Below are positions 30,657-43,841 of a stretch of 64,000 nt of DNA, one piece after another. Each line of letters opens with the position of its first letter. Positions within the stretch are counted from its first letter, which is position 1. The notes under the pieces were generated by a model, which saw only the letters and a list, made by a program, of their open reading frames with translations, was not told the DNA's origin and did not search any database. A program made the translations under genes and the position numbers. The DNA is from the human T2T-CHM13v2.0 reference genome, Homo sapiens, in NCBI RefSeq assembly GCF_009914755.1, contig NC_060947.1; one strand, 5' to 3'.

Positions 30657-33538
30657 TATGAGGAACTATATGCCAAAAAATTGGAAAATCTGTAAGAAAT
30701 GGATAAATTTCTGGGCAAATGCCACCTACCAAGATTAAACCATGAAGAACTCTAAAACCTGAACAAACCAATAACAAAAAATGAGATCAAAACTGTAATA
30801 AAAATTCTCCCAGGATATAAAAGCCCAAGACCTGATGGCTTCACTACTGAATTGTACCAGAAATTTAAAGAACTAAATCCAAGCCTGCTCAAACTATCCC
30901 TAAAAATAGAGGATGAGAAAATACTTCCAAACTCATTCTACGAATCTAATATTAGCATGATAACAAAGCCAGTCAAAGACATGTTAAAGTAAAAGAAAAC
31001 AACAGGCCCCAATGTCTCTGATGAATATTGATGTAAAAACCTTAACAAAAAATTAGCAAACTGAATTAAACAATACACTAAAAAGATTATTTATCATGAC
31101 CAAGAAGTCTTTATTCCTATTACACAAGGATGGTTCAGCATAAGCAAATCAATCATATCAATAGAATGAAAGAAAAAAAACTATGATTATTTCAATTGAA
31201 GTCAAAATAATTACATTCAATACCCCTTAATGAGAAAAACTCTGAAAAACTGAACACACTACAACATAATAAAAGCCATATATGACAGACCCACAGCTAG
31301 TATATCACGCTGAATAGTAAAATAATAAAAGCCTTTCCTCTAAGATTTGCAACGTGACAAGGATGCCCATTTTCACCACTGTTATTCAATATAATACTGG
31401 AATTCCTAGCTAGAGCAATCAGACAAGAGAAATACATAAAGTACATTTAAATTGGAAAGGAAGAAGTCAAATTATCTTTTTTTGCTGATGACATAATTCC
31501 ATATTGGGAAAAAACTAAAGAGTGCAAAAAAACCATTAGAACTGATAAAAAAAATTAGTAAACTTGCACGATATGAAATAAAAATACAATAATCAGTAGC
31601 ATTTCTATATCCCAACAGTGAATAAACTGAAATTGAAATTAAAAAGTAGTCAAATTAATAATAGCCACACATAAAACTAAATACCTAAGAATTAACATAA
31701 CCAAAGAAGTAAAAGATCGCTATAATAAAAAACTATAAAACACTGACGAAAAAAATTTCAGAGAACACCAAAAAAGGTAAAATATTCCATGTTCATGAAT
31801 TAGAAAAATTAATATTTTTTTAAATGTCCATATTACACAAAGCCACTACAGATTTAATGTAATCCCTATCAAAATACCAATGGCATTCTTTATAGCAATA
31901 GAAAAAAGAATCCTAAAATTCATATGGGACCACAAAAGACCCAGAATAGCCACAGTTATCTTAGGCAAAAAGAACAAAACCGGAGGAATTATATTACCTG
32001 CCTTCAAATTATGTTACAGAGCTATAGTAACCAAACAGCATAAACCTGACATAAAAACAGACACATAGACCAAAGGAACAGAATCGAGAACCTACAAACA
32101 AATCCAAACACGTACAGTGAACTCATTTTCTCCAAAAATGCTGAGAACATACACTGGGGAAAAGACAGTCTCTTCAATAAATAGTGCTGGGAAAACTGGA
32201 TATTCACATGCTGAAGAATGAGACTAGATCCCTATCTCTCACCATATACAAAAATTAAATCTAAATGGATTAAAGACTTAAATCTAAGACCTCAAACTGT
32301 GAAACCATTAAAAGAAAACTATTAAAAGGAAACATTTGAAAAATGCTCAACATCAATCCAGGCAAAGTTTTCTGTAATACCCCACAAGAACAGGCAACGA
32401 AAGCAAAAATGTACAAATGGAATCATATCCAGTTAAGAAGCTTCTGCACAGCAAATAAAACAATCAACAAAGTGAAGAGACAACCCACAGAATGGAAGAA
32501 AATATTTGCAAATTACCCCCCAGACAAGGTTTTAACAAGCAGAACATTTAAGGAGCTCAGCTCAAACAACTGTATTAAAAAAAAGAAAAAAACACTAATA
32601 ATTTAATCAAAAAATGGACACAAAATGTGAATATACATTTCTCAAAAGATGACATGCAAATGGCAAGCAGGCATATGAAAGTGTGCACAATATCATTGAT
32701 TATCAGATAAATGCAAATAAAAACTACAATGAGATATCATCTCGCCCCAGTTAAAATGGCTTTTATCTAAAAGACAGGGAATAACAAAAACTGGAGAGGG
32801 TGTGGAGAAAAGGGAACCGCCATGCACTATTTGTGGGAATGTAAATTAGTACAACCACTATAGAGAACAGTTTGGAGGGTCCTCACAAAACTAAAAATAG
32901 AGCTACTATATGATTCAACAATTCTACTGCTTGGTATATACCCCAAAGTACAGAAATTGGATATCTCCACCCCTTTTTTGACAACTCTGTTCACAATAGA
33001 CAAGATTTGGAAACAACCTAGGTGTTCCTCAACAGATAAATGGATAAAGAAAATATAAAATTTATACACAATGTAGTACTATTCATTCACATAAAAAATG
33101 AGATTCAGTCATTTGCAACAACATGGATAGAACTGGAGGTTATCATATTAAGTGAAATAAGCCAAGCACAATAAGATCAGCATTGCATGTTCTCAATTAT
33201 TTGTGAGATCTAAAAATTAAAACAATTGAACTCATGGAGATAGAGTGTAGGATATGATTACCAGAGGCTGGGAAGCATAGTAGAGAAAGTGAGTGGGTGG
33301 CAGGGATGGTTAATCATTCCAAAAAGTAGTTAGAATAAATGGATAATGCCTAATATTTGATAGTAAAACAGGATGACTATAGTCAATAATAATTTAACTG
33401 TACATTAAAAAATAACTAAAAGAATATAATTAGATTGTTTATAACATGAAGGATAAATGCTTGAGGGGATGGATAACCCATATTTCATGGTGTGATTGTT
33501 ACACTTTGCACACCTGTATCAAAACATCTTATGTGCTC
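30654..33538 (+). mobile_element. L1MA-type ORF2 (RT to C-terminus) and 3'UTR
   Basis: tttgctgatgaca (FADD) near 31481; ORF 31880 [22 protein letters not shown]; L1MA 3'UTR like 1-180. Confidence 0.92.
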
Positions 33539-35627
33539 TGATATGGCTTGGCTGTGTCCACACCCAAGTCTCATCTTGAATTGTAGCTCCCATAATCCCC
33601 ATGTGTTGTGGGAGGGACCCAGTGGAGATAATTACATCATGGTGGCAGGTTTTTCTTGTGCTGTTTTTATGGTAGTAAATAAGTCTCAAGAGATCTGATG
33701 GTTTTCTAAAGGGCAGTTCCCCTGCACATGCTCTCTTGCCTGCCGCCATGTAAGGCATGCCTTTTTTCTTCTGCCATGATTGTGAGGCCTTCCCAGCCAT
33801 GTGGAACTGTGAGTTCATTAAACTTCTTTTTCTTTTTAAATTACCCAGTTTTGGGTATTTCTTCATAGCAGTAAGAAAATGGACTAATACAGCAAATTGG
33901 TACCAGGATTAGGGCGCTGTTATTATATTAAGATACCCGAAAATGTGGAAGTGACTTTGGAACTGGGTAACAGGCAGAGATTGGAACAGTTTGTAGGGCT
34001 CAGAAGACAGGAAGATGTGGGAAAGTTTGGACGTTCCTGGAGACTTGTTGAATGGTGTTGACCAAAAAGTTCAGGCTGAGGTGGTCCCAGAAGGAGATGA
34101 GGAAGTTATTGAGAACTGGAGCAAAGGTGATTATTGCTATGCTTTAGCAAACAGATTGGTAGCATTTTTCCCCTGCCCTAGATATCTGTGGAACTTTGAA
34201 CATGAGAGAGATGATTTAGGGTATCTGGCAGAATAAATTTCTAAGCAGTAAAGCATTCAAGAGGTAACTTGGGTGCTCTTAAATGCATTCAGTTTTATTC
34301 ATTCACAAAGAAATGGTTTGAAGTTGGAACTTATGTTTAAAATGGGAGCAGAGCATAAAAGTTTGGAAAATTTGCAGCCTGATGATGTAATAGAAAAGAA
34401 AAACCCATTTTCTGAGGAAAAATTCAAAGCTGGCTGGGGAAAATTTCATAAGTATTGAGAAGCCAAATATTAATCACCAAAACAGTAGGAAAAATTTCTC
34501 CAGGACATGTCAGAGGTCCTCATGGCAGCACCTACAGTCACAAGCTGGGGGTGTCTAGGAGGAAAAAATTGTTTTGTGGGCCAGATCCAGGGTTTTGCTG
34601 CTTTGTGCAGTCTTGGGACCTGGTGCCCTGCATTACAGCCATGGCTAAAGGGGGCCAATGTACACCTCAAGCCATTGTTTCAGAGGGTTCAAGCCCCATA
34701 CATTGGTGTCTTACATGTGGTATTGGGCCTGTGGGTGCACAGAAGTCAAGAACTGGGAATCTCCACCTAAATTTTGGAGGATGTATGGAAATTCCTGGGT
34801 GTCCAGGCAGAGTTGTGCTGCAGGGGCAGAATCCTCACGGAGAACCTCTGCTAGGGCAGTGCAGAAGGGAAATGTGAGGTGGGAGTCCCCACACAGAATC
34901 CCCACTGAGGCACTGCCTAGTGGAGTGATGAGAAAAGAGCCACCATCCTCCAGACCCCAGAATGGTAGATCCAATCACAGCTTGCACCATGCACCTGAAA
35001 AAGCCACAGACACTCAATGCCAGCCTGTGAAAGCAGCCAGGAGTGAGGCTGTACTCTGCAAAGCCACAGGGGCAGAGCTGCCCAAGACCACGAGAACCCA
35101 CCTCTTGCATCAGTGTGACGTGGATGTGAAACATGCAGTCAAAGGTGATCATTTTGGAGCTTTAATATTTGACCACCTCACTGGATTTCACATTTTCATG
35201 AGGCCTGTAGTCTCTTCGTTTTGGCCAATTTCTCCCATTTGGAATGGGCATATTTACCCAATGCCTGTACCTCCATTGTATCTAGGAAGTAACTAACTTG
35301 CTTTTGATTTTACAGGCTCATAGGTGGAAGGGAGTTGCCTTGTCTCAGATGAGACTTTGGACCGTGAACTTTTGAGTTATTGCTGAATCAAGACTTTGGG
35401 GAACTGTTGGGAAGGAATGATTTGTTTTGAAATGTGAGGACATGAGATTTGGGAGTTGCCAGGGGCAGAATGGTGTGGTTTGCCTGTGTCCCCACTCAAA
35501 TTTCATCTTGAATTGAAGCTCCCATAATCTCCACGTGTTGTGGGAGGGAACCAGTGAGGGGTAATTGAATCATCAGGGTGGGTTTTTCCCATGCTATTCT
35601 TGTGATAGTGAATAAGTCTCAAGAGAT
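33539..35627 (+). mobile_element. THE1 (THE1D-like) provirus: 5' LTR 33539-33891, internal 33892-35470, truncated 3' LTR 35471-35627
   Basis: LTR termini tgatatgg...ctaataca; internal region homologous to 15878-17753; 3' LTR stops at aataagtctcaagagat. Confidence 0.92.
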
Positions 35628-35649
35628 GAAAGAAAGAAAGAAAGAACAA

Positions 35650-35895
35650 TGATGTGAAATAATTAAAACGCTAATACATTGCTGATGGGAATGTAAAATG
35701 GCGTAGCTACTAAGGAAAATGGTATGGTGATTCATAAAAAAAAAAAAAAATTAAACATAAAATTACCATATGACCCAACCATTCTACTCTGGGTATATAC
35801 TCAAAAGTAGTTGAAATAGAGATTCAAACAGGTATCAGTACCCATATTCATAGCCGCATTATTCACAGCAGCCAAAAGTTGGAAGCAACCTAAGA
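35650..35895 (+). mobile_element. L1MB-like ORF2 C-terminal fragment
   Basis: cattgctgatgggaatgtaaaatgg...ttaccatatgaccca...gcattattcacagcagccaaaag. Confidence 0.8.
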
Positions 35896-35899
35896 GATT

Positions 35900-38800
35900 A
35901 TCCTAAGAGCAAACAGCAAATGGAGAAGCACTTATTCTAGAAAATCTACTAATATTCTGCAAGAATAGTGAGAGCCTGTGGCATTTGAATCATAATCCAT
36001 ATCTCGCCACACAATTTAGTGTGACAAAAGCTTCATCCCTTCCAGGGTCATTCAAAAATGCAGAACTCCTTTTCCCTCCAACTCCAAGTCTAGGGTTAAG
36101 GTATCTTCCACTGAGGCACAGGCTTCCAGGATTTCTAACTTCTAACAGGTCTGTGTTGCAGAAGCTCTATTATAGGCAACAGTGGTTAAGAACATTGTGC
36201 CTAGTTGCCCATACTCCAATTCACTTATAGGGTAGAAATCCCATGCTGGGTTAGGCATGTTAAGAAGACCAGAGGATACTTCACCTGTCTGCTAAAAAGC
36301 AGGAGTATGCATCTAAAAGAAGCAGGCTACTGTCCTCATTTTTATCGTGAGAGCAGTGGCACACATATATTGCCCAGGGGATGATAAATACAGAGAGCTC
36401 CAAAGCTATCCTCAAGAGAAGGGACTCATTTGGAGCAAAGTATGGGGGAAGTTCAAGCTAAGGGAGTTGTCAAAAACAGTGGAGATTTTGCTGGTAAGGC
36501 AATAAGAAGAAGCCGATAGCTCCATGAGAGCAAAAAAATAAAAATTACATTAAAATTTAAAAGACTGTAGATTAGCTGTAGGTTTAGCAGAGACAATCAG
36601 GAAAAAGTGCAGAGAAAAAGCCCGCTTGGGTCAGAACCAACATCCAAATGTTGCCTTAAAGACTACCCCTGCAAAGGGGCTCAAATTTGATTGTATCAGA
36701 CTGCTGAGCAATTTATGCCTTAGGACATTGCCGAAAACAATCAAGCAATCAGCCAGTAATGAGTGGAGCCTAACTGGCTGAGAACGGATACCAAATGAAG
36801 CAAGTAGTTTAGCTGAAAAATCAGGGAAAGAGACTGTCAAATAAACCTTAGCTAAAATTACTGACATCTCAGTGTATGTCCATATTTAAGGCCGTACCCT
36901 CTGATGCATGACATCAGAGGTAACACATTCAATGGGATATAGACTTCGCCAAATATTCTAGCCAAGTAACAAAACAAGCAAATAAACAACAACAAAATCA
37001 AGTCCCAGAGAGGGTAGTGGTATCAGTATTCACAATTGATGCAATATATAATCTAAAATGTCTAGTTTTTGATAAAATTATGAGGTATTCTGTGACAAAA
37101 TTATGAGTTACACTGTGAGCTCTACATGAAAAAAGCAAGCAACAAAAACTAACTGTGAGAGGGCTCTGTTGTCAGATTTAACAGATAATAACTACAAAGA
37201 AGCCATTATAATCATATTCAAAGATTTAAAAGAAACTCTGCTTAAATAAGTAAAGGAAGGTAAAATGCCAATATTTTATCAAATACAGAGTATCAATAAT
37301 GAAATAAAAAGCACAAAAATACCAAATGGAAACTCTGGAGTTGAAAAGTACAGTTATCAATATGTAAAATTGACTAGAGTGATTCAACAGTGCATTTGAA
37401 CCAATAGAAGAATGAATCAGAACACTCGAATTTAGGTTGATAGATATTATGCAATCTAAAGAAAAAGAGAGAAAAAAGAACAAAGAAAAAGGCATATATT
37501 CAGATCTTATTTTTTATTCTATCTGACAATGTTTGCCTTGTTTTTTGTTGTTTAATCTATTTACTTCATTGAAGTAAAAAAGAAATAAAGAACAATTATG
37601 AGGAAAGTGGGTATCAGAAAGAAAGAAGAAAAAGGAGTGGAAATAATACTAGAAGAAATAATGTTATTAAATTTCTCAATTTGATAAAAGTCATATATAC
37701 ACAATAAATTTAATGAAGTCTGATAAACACAGAGATCCACACGGACACATTTCAGTAAAAATACTGAAAGATAAAGAAAATAAGAAAATTTTGGAGGGAA
37801 AAAAAAAGACTTTCAGTGGATACCAGAAGGCAAGAAGGCAGTGAAATAACAAAGAGTCGTAAGAAAAAAAAAAGGTAAGAAATAATTTTTTATCCAGCAA
37901 AATATTGGTCAGAAATGAAAGTGAAATACAAACCTTCCTAGATAAACAAATATTGAGACAATTTATTGCTAGCATATCCATGTTACATAAAATACTAAAG
38001 GAAATTCTTCCGACTGAAAGTCAGAGAGTCAAGATAGTAATTTGAAACCACATTAAAAAACACAATATTGGCAGTAAAAGCAATTATGTAGGTAAATGTA
38101 AAAGACAGTATAATTTTGTTTTTTCTTTTTTCTCCTCTTAATGAATTTGAAAAACCCTTGTATAAGACAAGACAAGACATATGCATCTATATATAAACAA
38201 TTGTATAAGATATATACATATATAATTATATATACACAATTATATATAATTTTGTTCAGTCTATAACATATAGAAATTCATATACAATAATAATACATAA
38301 TTACAACATTAGCACAAAGATAGGTAGAAGCAAAGTATTGGAGTAAGGAAATGATACCAGATTATAACTAGAATTCACAGGAAAAGAAATAAAAGAACAA
38401 AATTGTAAAATAGGAAGGTTAATAAAATATAATTTATAATTATGTACTACTCCCCTTTTATCAGCTTCATTAAAAATACATAAATTAATAATTATGGCAA
38501 TGTAGTTATTGAATTTTTTACATATATATGTTACAGAAAAGTAAATAGTAAATATAGGTATATAGGAGTAATATCTCTATGTCCCATGGAATTAACTTAC
38601 ATTAAGTCAAAAACAACTATGATAAATTAAGATTCAAGCACTAGACACTAAGAGAATAACACTCATACACACATACACACACATATACATACCCGCACAT
38701 GTATAGTGAAAAATATCATAAAAAGCATTAAAATATTACACTAGAATGTATTCACCTAATGCAAAAGAAAGCTGCAAGGAGAAACGGGGAAACCGTGAAA

Positions 38801-41800
38801 CACATAGAAAATAAAAAGAAAAATGGCGGATATCAGTTCATGATATTAATAACAAAGTAAATGGATTAAACAACATAAAACAAGGCCAACAGTGTCAGAA
38901 TACAAAATAAGATCTGAATATATGCCTACAGTATGCACAACCCAGATTCAATGCATTGAATGTAAAATTACGGAAAATCATTATACTATGTAAGTAAGAA
39001 TCATGAGAAAGCTGAAGTGACTACACTAATATCCGGCAATAAAAGACTTTAAAATATGTTACCAGAAATAAAGAGGAACATTTTATCATGAAAAAATGGT
39101 CAAACTATCAGAAAAACATAATAACTACAAACATACATGCACCTAACTCCAGTGCCACCAAATTCATGGAGCAAATTTGACAGAATTGAAGAGAGAAATA
39201 GACACTTCAGTAATAGTTAGATATTTCTATATTTGTTTTTCAATAATGGAACAACTAGGCAGTAGATCAATAAAAAGAAGACTCAAACAGCACTCTAGCC
39301 CAACTAGAACTAGCAGACATGTATCTGACTACAAGAGCAGAATACATATACTATGAAACTGCACAGGCATGATTTTCCAGGATAGACTATATGGTAGGCT
39401 ATAAAAGAAGCCTCAATAATTTGAAAAGATTGAACTCATCCAGAATATGTCTTTTGATCAAAACAAAAGAACATTAGAAATGAATAACAAAAGAAATTTG
39501 GAAAATTAACAAATATTTAGAAATTAAACAAGATCTTCCTAAGTAATAAATTGGTTAAAGAAGAAACAACAAGAGAAATTCCAAAACATTTAATGGTGAA
39601 ATACTCAATGCTTTTCCCACAAGATCAGAAGCAAGACATAGGATGTCCATACTTACCACTTCTATTAAACATTAAACATTGTACTGGAGGTTTTACCACA
39701 AGTAACTAGGCAAAAAAAATAAATAAATAAAAGATACTAAAACATCCAGATTGCAAAGAAAGAAGTAGAATTATCTCTATTTGAAGATGATATGAGTTTC
39801 TTATACAGAAAATCTTACGAAATCTATTAAAAACTTGTTAAAACTAATACTTCAGCAGTGCTTCAAGGTATAAGAGCAATATATTAAAAATTGAGTGTAT
39901 TTCTATATTCTAGCGTTAAACATTTCTTAAAAAAATTAAGAGAATCTCATTTACAGTAGAATAAAATGAAATAAAATGCTTAGAAATAAATTTAACAAAA
40001 GTCCTTCTTATCTTCTAAAAATTCTAAACTATTGGTGAAAGAAATTAACAATCTAAATAAGTGAAAAGACATCCCATGTCCTTAATTTGTAAGACAATAT
40101 TATAAGATGCAATCCTTCACAAATTGATCTTCAGATTCGACACAATTCAACTTGAATTTTGCAGAAATAAGACGCTAATCTGGAGCTGGGTGCAGTGGCT
40201 GACGCCTGTAATCCCAGCACTTTGGGAGACCGAGGCGGGCGGATCACCTGAGGTTGGGAGTTCGAGACCACCCTGACCAACATGGAGAAACCTCGTCTCT
40301 ACTAAAAATACAAAATTAGCTGGGTGTAGTGGCACATGCCTGTAATGCCAGCTGCTTGGGAGGCTGAGGCAGGAGAATTGATTGAACCCAGGAGGCAGAG
40401 GTTGCAGTGAGCCGGAGATCGTGCCATTGCACTCCAGCCTGGGCAACAAGAGGGAAATTCCGTCTCAAAAAAAAAAAAAAAAAAAAAAAAGACGCTAATG
40501 CTAAAACCACGGGAATTTAAGAGAACTAGATTAGCCAAAATAATTGTGAAAAATAAGAACAAAGTTGGATAACTAAGCCTTTTCCATTTTAAAACGTTCC
40601 TCAAACCAATAGCAATCAATGGACAATTGATTTTCAGCCAATTAAAGTCAATAAATAATAAATAGTCTTTCCACAAGTGGCATTGGGATTGCTGGATATC
40701 CACATGCAAAAGGATAATTTTTAGATACCTTCCTTACAAAATGCATAGAAATAACCACTCCAAATGGATCATTGACCTTAATATGAGAACAGAAGCTATA
40801 AAACTATTAGAAATCACAGGAGCAAACCTTTATGACTTTGCATTAAGCAAAGTTTTCTTAGATCTGACACTAAAAGTACAAGCAACAACAAAAAAATACA
40901 TTATACCTCATCAACTTCAAAACTTTTGTACGTCAAAGGATATCATCGAGAAAGTGAAAAGACAAACCACAGAATGTGAGAAAATATTTGTAAATTGTAT
41001 ATCTTATAAGAGTCTTATATTTAGACCATAAAAAGAACTTGTAAAATCCAACAATAGTAATGCAAAAGATATAATTTTTAAATGGGTAAAAAATACAAAT
41101 AGACATATTTTTCCAAAGAATATAAACAAATTACTAGTAAGTATATCAAAAAATATTTAACTTCATTAGCAGTTAGGGATATGCAAATCTAAATCACAAT
41201 GAGATAGCACTTCTTACTCCTAAGATTGCTGTAATAAAAAAGACAAATAATAACGAATGTTGGTAAGTGCGTAAAGAAATGGGAACATTCATGCATTTCT
41301 GATGTTTATGTAAAATAGTGCACCCAATTTGGAAAACAATTTGGCAGTTCCTCAAATGGTAAACAGAGTTGGTGTAAGACCCAGCACACAAACTTTTACA
41401 TAAATGTTAATAAAAGCATTGTTCATGATAGCCAAAAGATAAAAACAACCCAAATGTCCATGATCCGATGAATGGATAAATAAGAAGTAGCATATCCTTA
41501 TAAAAGATAATCTTGGGTAATAAAAAAAGAACTGAAGTACTGATACATACTACAACATGAATGAAATTCGAAAGCATTATGCTAAATACAACAGACCACT
41601 TACCCAACTGTCCGAATAAAGGATTGCATTTCTATTATATGTACAGTATAGGCAAATCTATTGAGACAGAAAGTAGATTAGAGATTGCTTAGGGCTCTGG
41701 AGTTTGACGGGAAATGGGCAGTGGCTGCTAATAGTTTCTTTTTGAAGTGATAAAGATGTCCCAGAATTGAGATGGTTGCACAATGCTGTGAATATACTAA

Positions 41801-41875
41801 AAACCACTGAATTTCTCATGTTAAATGGGTGAATTTGAAGATATAAACTACATCTCACGAAAATTGTTAAAAAGG
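35900..41875 (+). mobile_element. old L1 (L1MB/L1MC-like), near full span with internal deletions
   Basis: 5'UTR-like 35900-37150, ORF1-like 37190-38030, EN 38850-39585, RT from 39590, 3' end near 41870. Confidence 0.75.
40184..40490 (+). mobile_element. AluSp
   Basis: accaacatggagaaacc and gggcaacaagag diagnostics; TSD aagacgctaat. Confidence 0.94.
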
Positions 41876-42984
41876 ACTAATTATAAATTATATCATTTTC
41901 CAGTGAAAATGACTTTGCATCAATTTCCTCATCACAAATAGGCTAGAAGCTCGATATTGAAACTATGATGTATTATTTTTTGTGAAATTTCAGGCTGCCG
42001 GATAAATTGCTTTTCTGATGACCAGGAAATTAAATTTTGTTTGAAAGTAAAGTTATATGTGTGTTCACGTATTTTCATGCCTGCAATTATGGTTTAATAT
42101 TATCTGAAATATATAAAACTATATTCCCAACTATTTCTCAAATATAATTGTGCAAAAAATATAGAACATTTTAAACGTTAATCTCCTAGGGACACGTTTA
42201 TTTTCAGTGAGCTCTAAATAAAGAAAGATAAATGGTTATCTAATGGGGAGCTATTAGTCTTACTATAACTTATTTTACATCCTATTCTTTGGTACTAAGC
42301 ATGATAGGGTAATGACAGTCACTGGACTCTATAACAAATTGAATCTCTATTTTTAGTTTTTAAAATTATGTACAAAAACTTGAATTGCCATTATCACTCA
42401 GCAAGCACACATGTTCAGAGAGAAGAAAAAGAGAATTTTTTTTTTTCTTTTCTGGAGACCTAAGTGTGAAAACAAATTATACTAATCATTTATAAAGTTA
42501 TTTGAAATTAACTAGTGGTTGCAACCCAAAGTTAAGAAAATAGTGAAGATTATATGGACAGTTTCTTTCTCTAAAAATAACCAAATTCTTCCTTCCTGTT
42601 CTGCTCTTCTCTTAATACCATGCACCTGAACAAAAATCATTATGTCATTTTTCTAGCTTTGTGAAGGTAGAAAATGTATGAGGCTAAGTGTCTTAGAAAA
42701 CCTTTGTATTATCGTTTGTCCTATGGTTTCTGTAAATAAATGATATTCTTATCTTTTTAAATATTTCCACACATAATTTTCAAAATTATGTTTTGAATTT
42801 GATAACTTTGTATTAAAAATATTTCAAGCAGTGAGTCCACAAAGAAGCATGTATTATTTGGATGCAATACTATTTAATTTGATTAGGATATTTTTCTGGA
42901 AAAAATAATTCTGAATTGAATAAAGGAGGCAAAAGATAATTTATAAAAAGTATAATTTCTCAACAGTTGACATCACTCATTGCT

Positions 42985-43841
42985 GTTTTTTATATTTACG
43001 TACAATAAAATTCACTCATGTTCTATAGTTCTACCAGTTTTGACAAATGCATACAATCATGTATCTATCACCATTTTCATATAGAGAACACTTTCATTAC
43101 TCCCAAAATTTCTTTGTGCTGCTCTGCTAGTCAACATTACCTGAATTCCCAGCTCCTGGCGATCACCGGTATGTTTTTCATCCCTATAAGCTTGCCATTT
43201 CCAGAATGTTATATAATAGGAACCATACACGATGTAGACTGTTGATTATGGCTTCTTTCATTTAACAAAATTCATTTGAGACTCATCCATGTTGCTCTAA
43301 GAATCAATATGCTTCTTTTTATTGCTGAGTAGTATTTCAGTGTATGGCTATGACACAGTTCATTCTTTTACCAGCTGAAAGACAGTAAGGGTCATTTCTA
43401 CCTTTTGGTGATTATTAATAATGCTGTTTAACTTGCACATAAAAATTTCTACGATAACATACGTTTTCAAATATTTTGCATAAATATGCAGGACTGGAAT
43501 TGCTGGGTTTTTTTTCTGTTTTTGTTTTTCAAGTGTATGTTTAGCTTTATAGGAAGTTGACAAACTGTTATCTAAATTCCCTGTGCCATTCTGTGTCAGC
43601 AGCAGCATCAATTGAAGATTCTAGATGTTTGGAATACTTACCAGCACTTGGTATTTTTAGTTTGTTCTTTTAATCACTCAAATAGAATGGTATCTCTTTG
43701 CATTTTAAATTTGCATTTCTTTAATGTCTGACTGTGCTGAGCCTCTAATTATATGCTTATCTGACATATTCATGTCTTCCTTGATAGTCTATACAGATAT
43801 TAGCCAGTTTTTTAATTGAGTTCTTCATTTTCTTATTGTTA
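42985..43841 (-). mobile_element. L1MC/L1MD-like 3' end, antisense (continues at 50336)
   Basis: tacaataaaattcac...ttttgacaaatgcataca...tttattgctgagtagtatt...ttgcatttctttaatg. Confidence 0.8.

Noticed and set aside
34658-35296. 212-aa ORF
   Set aside because: Remnant of the THE1 internal ORF; the homologous region at 16700-17290 is broken and neighbouring segments are frameshifted
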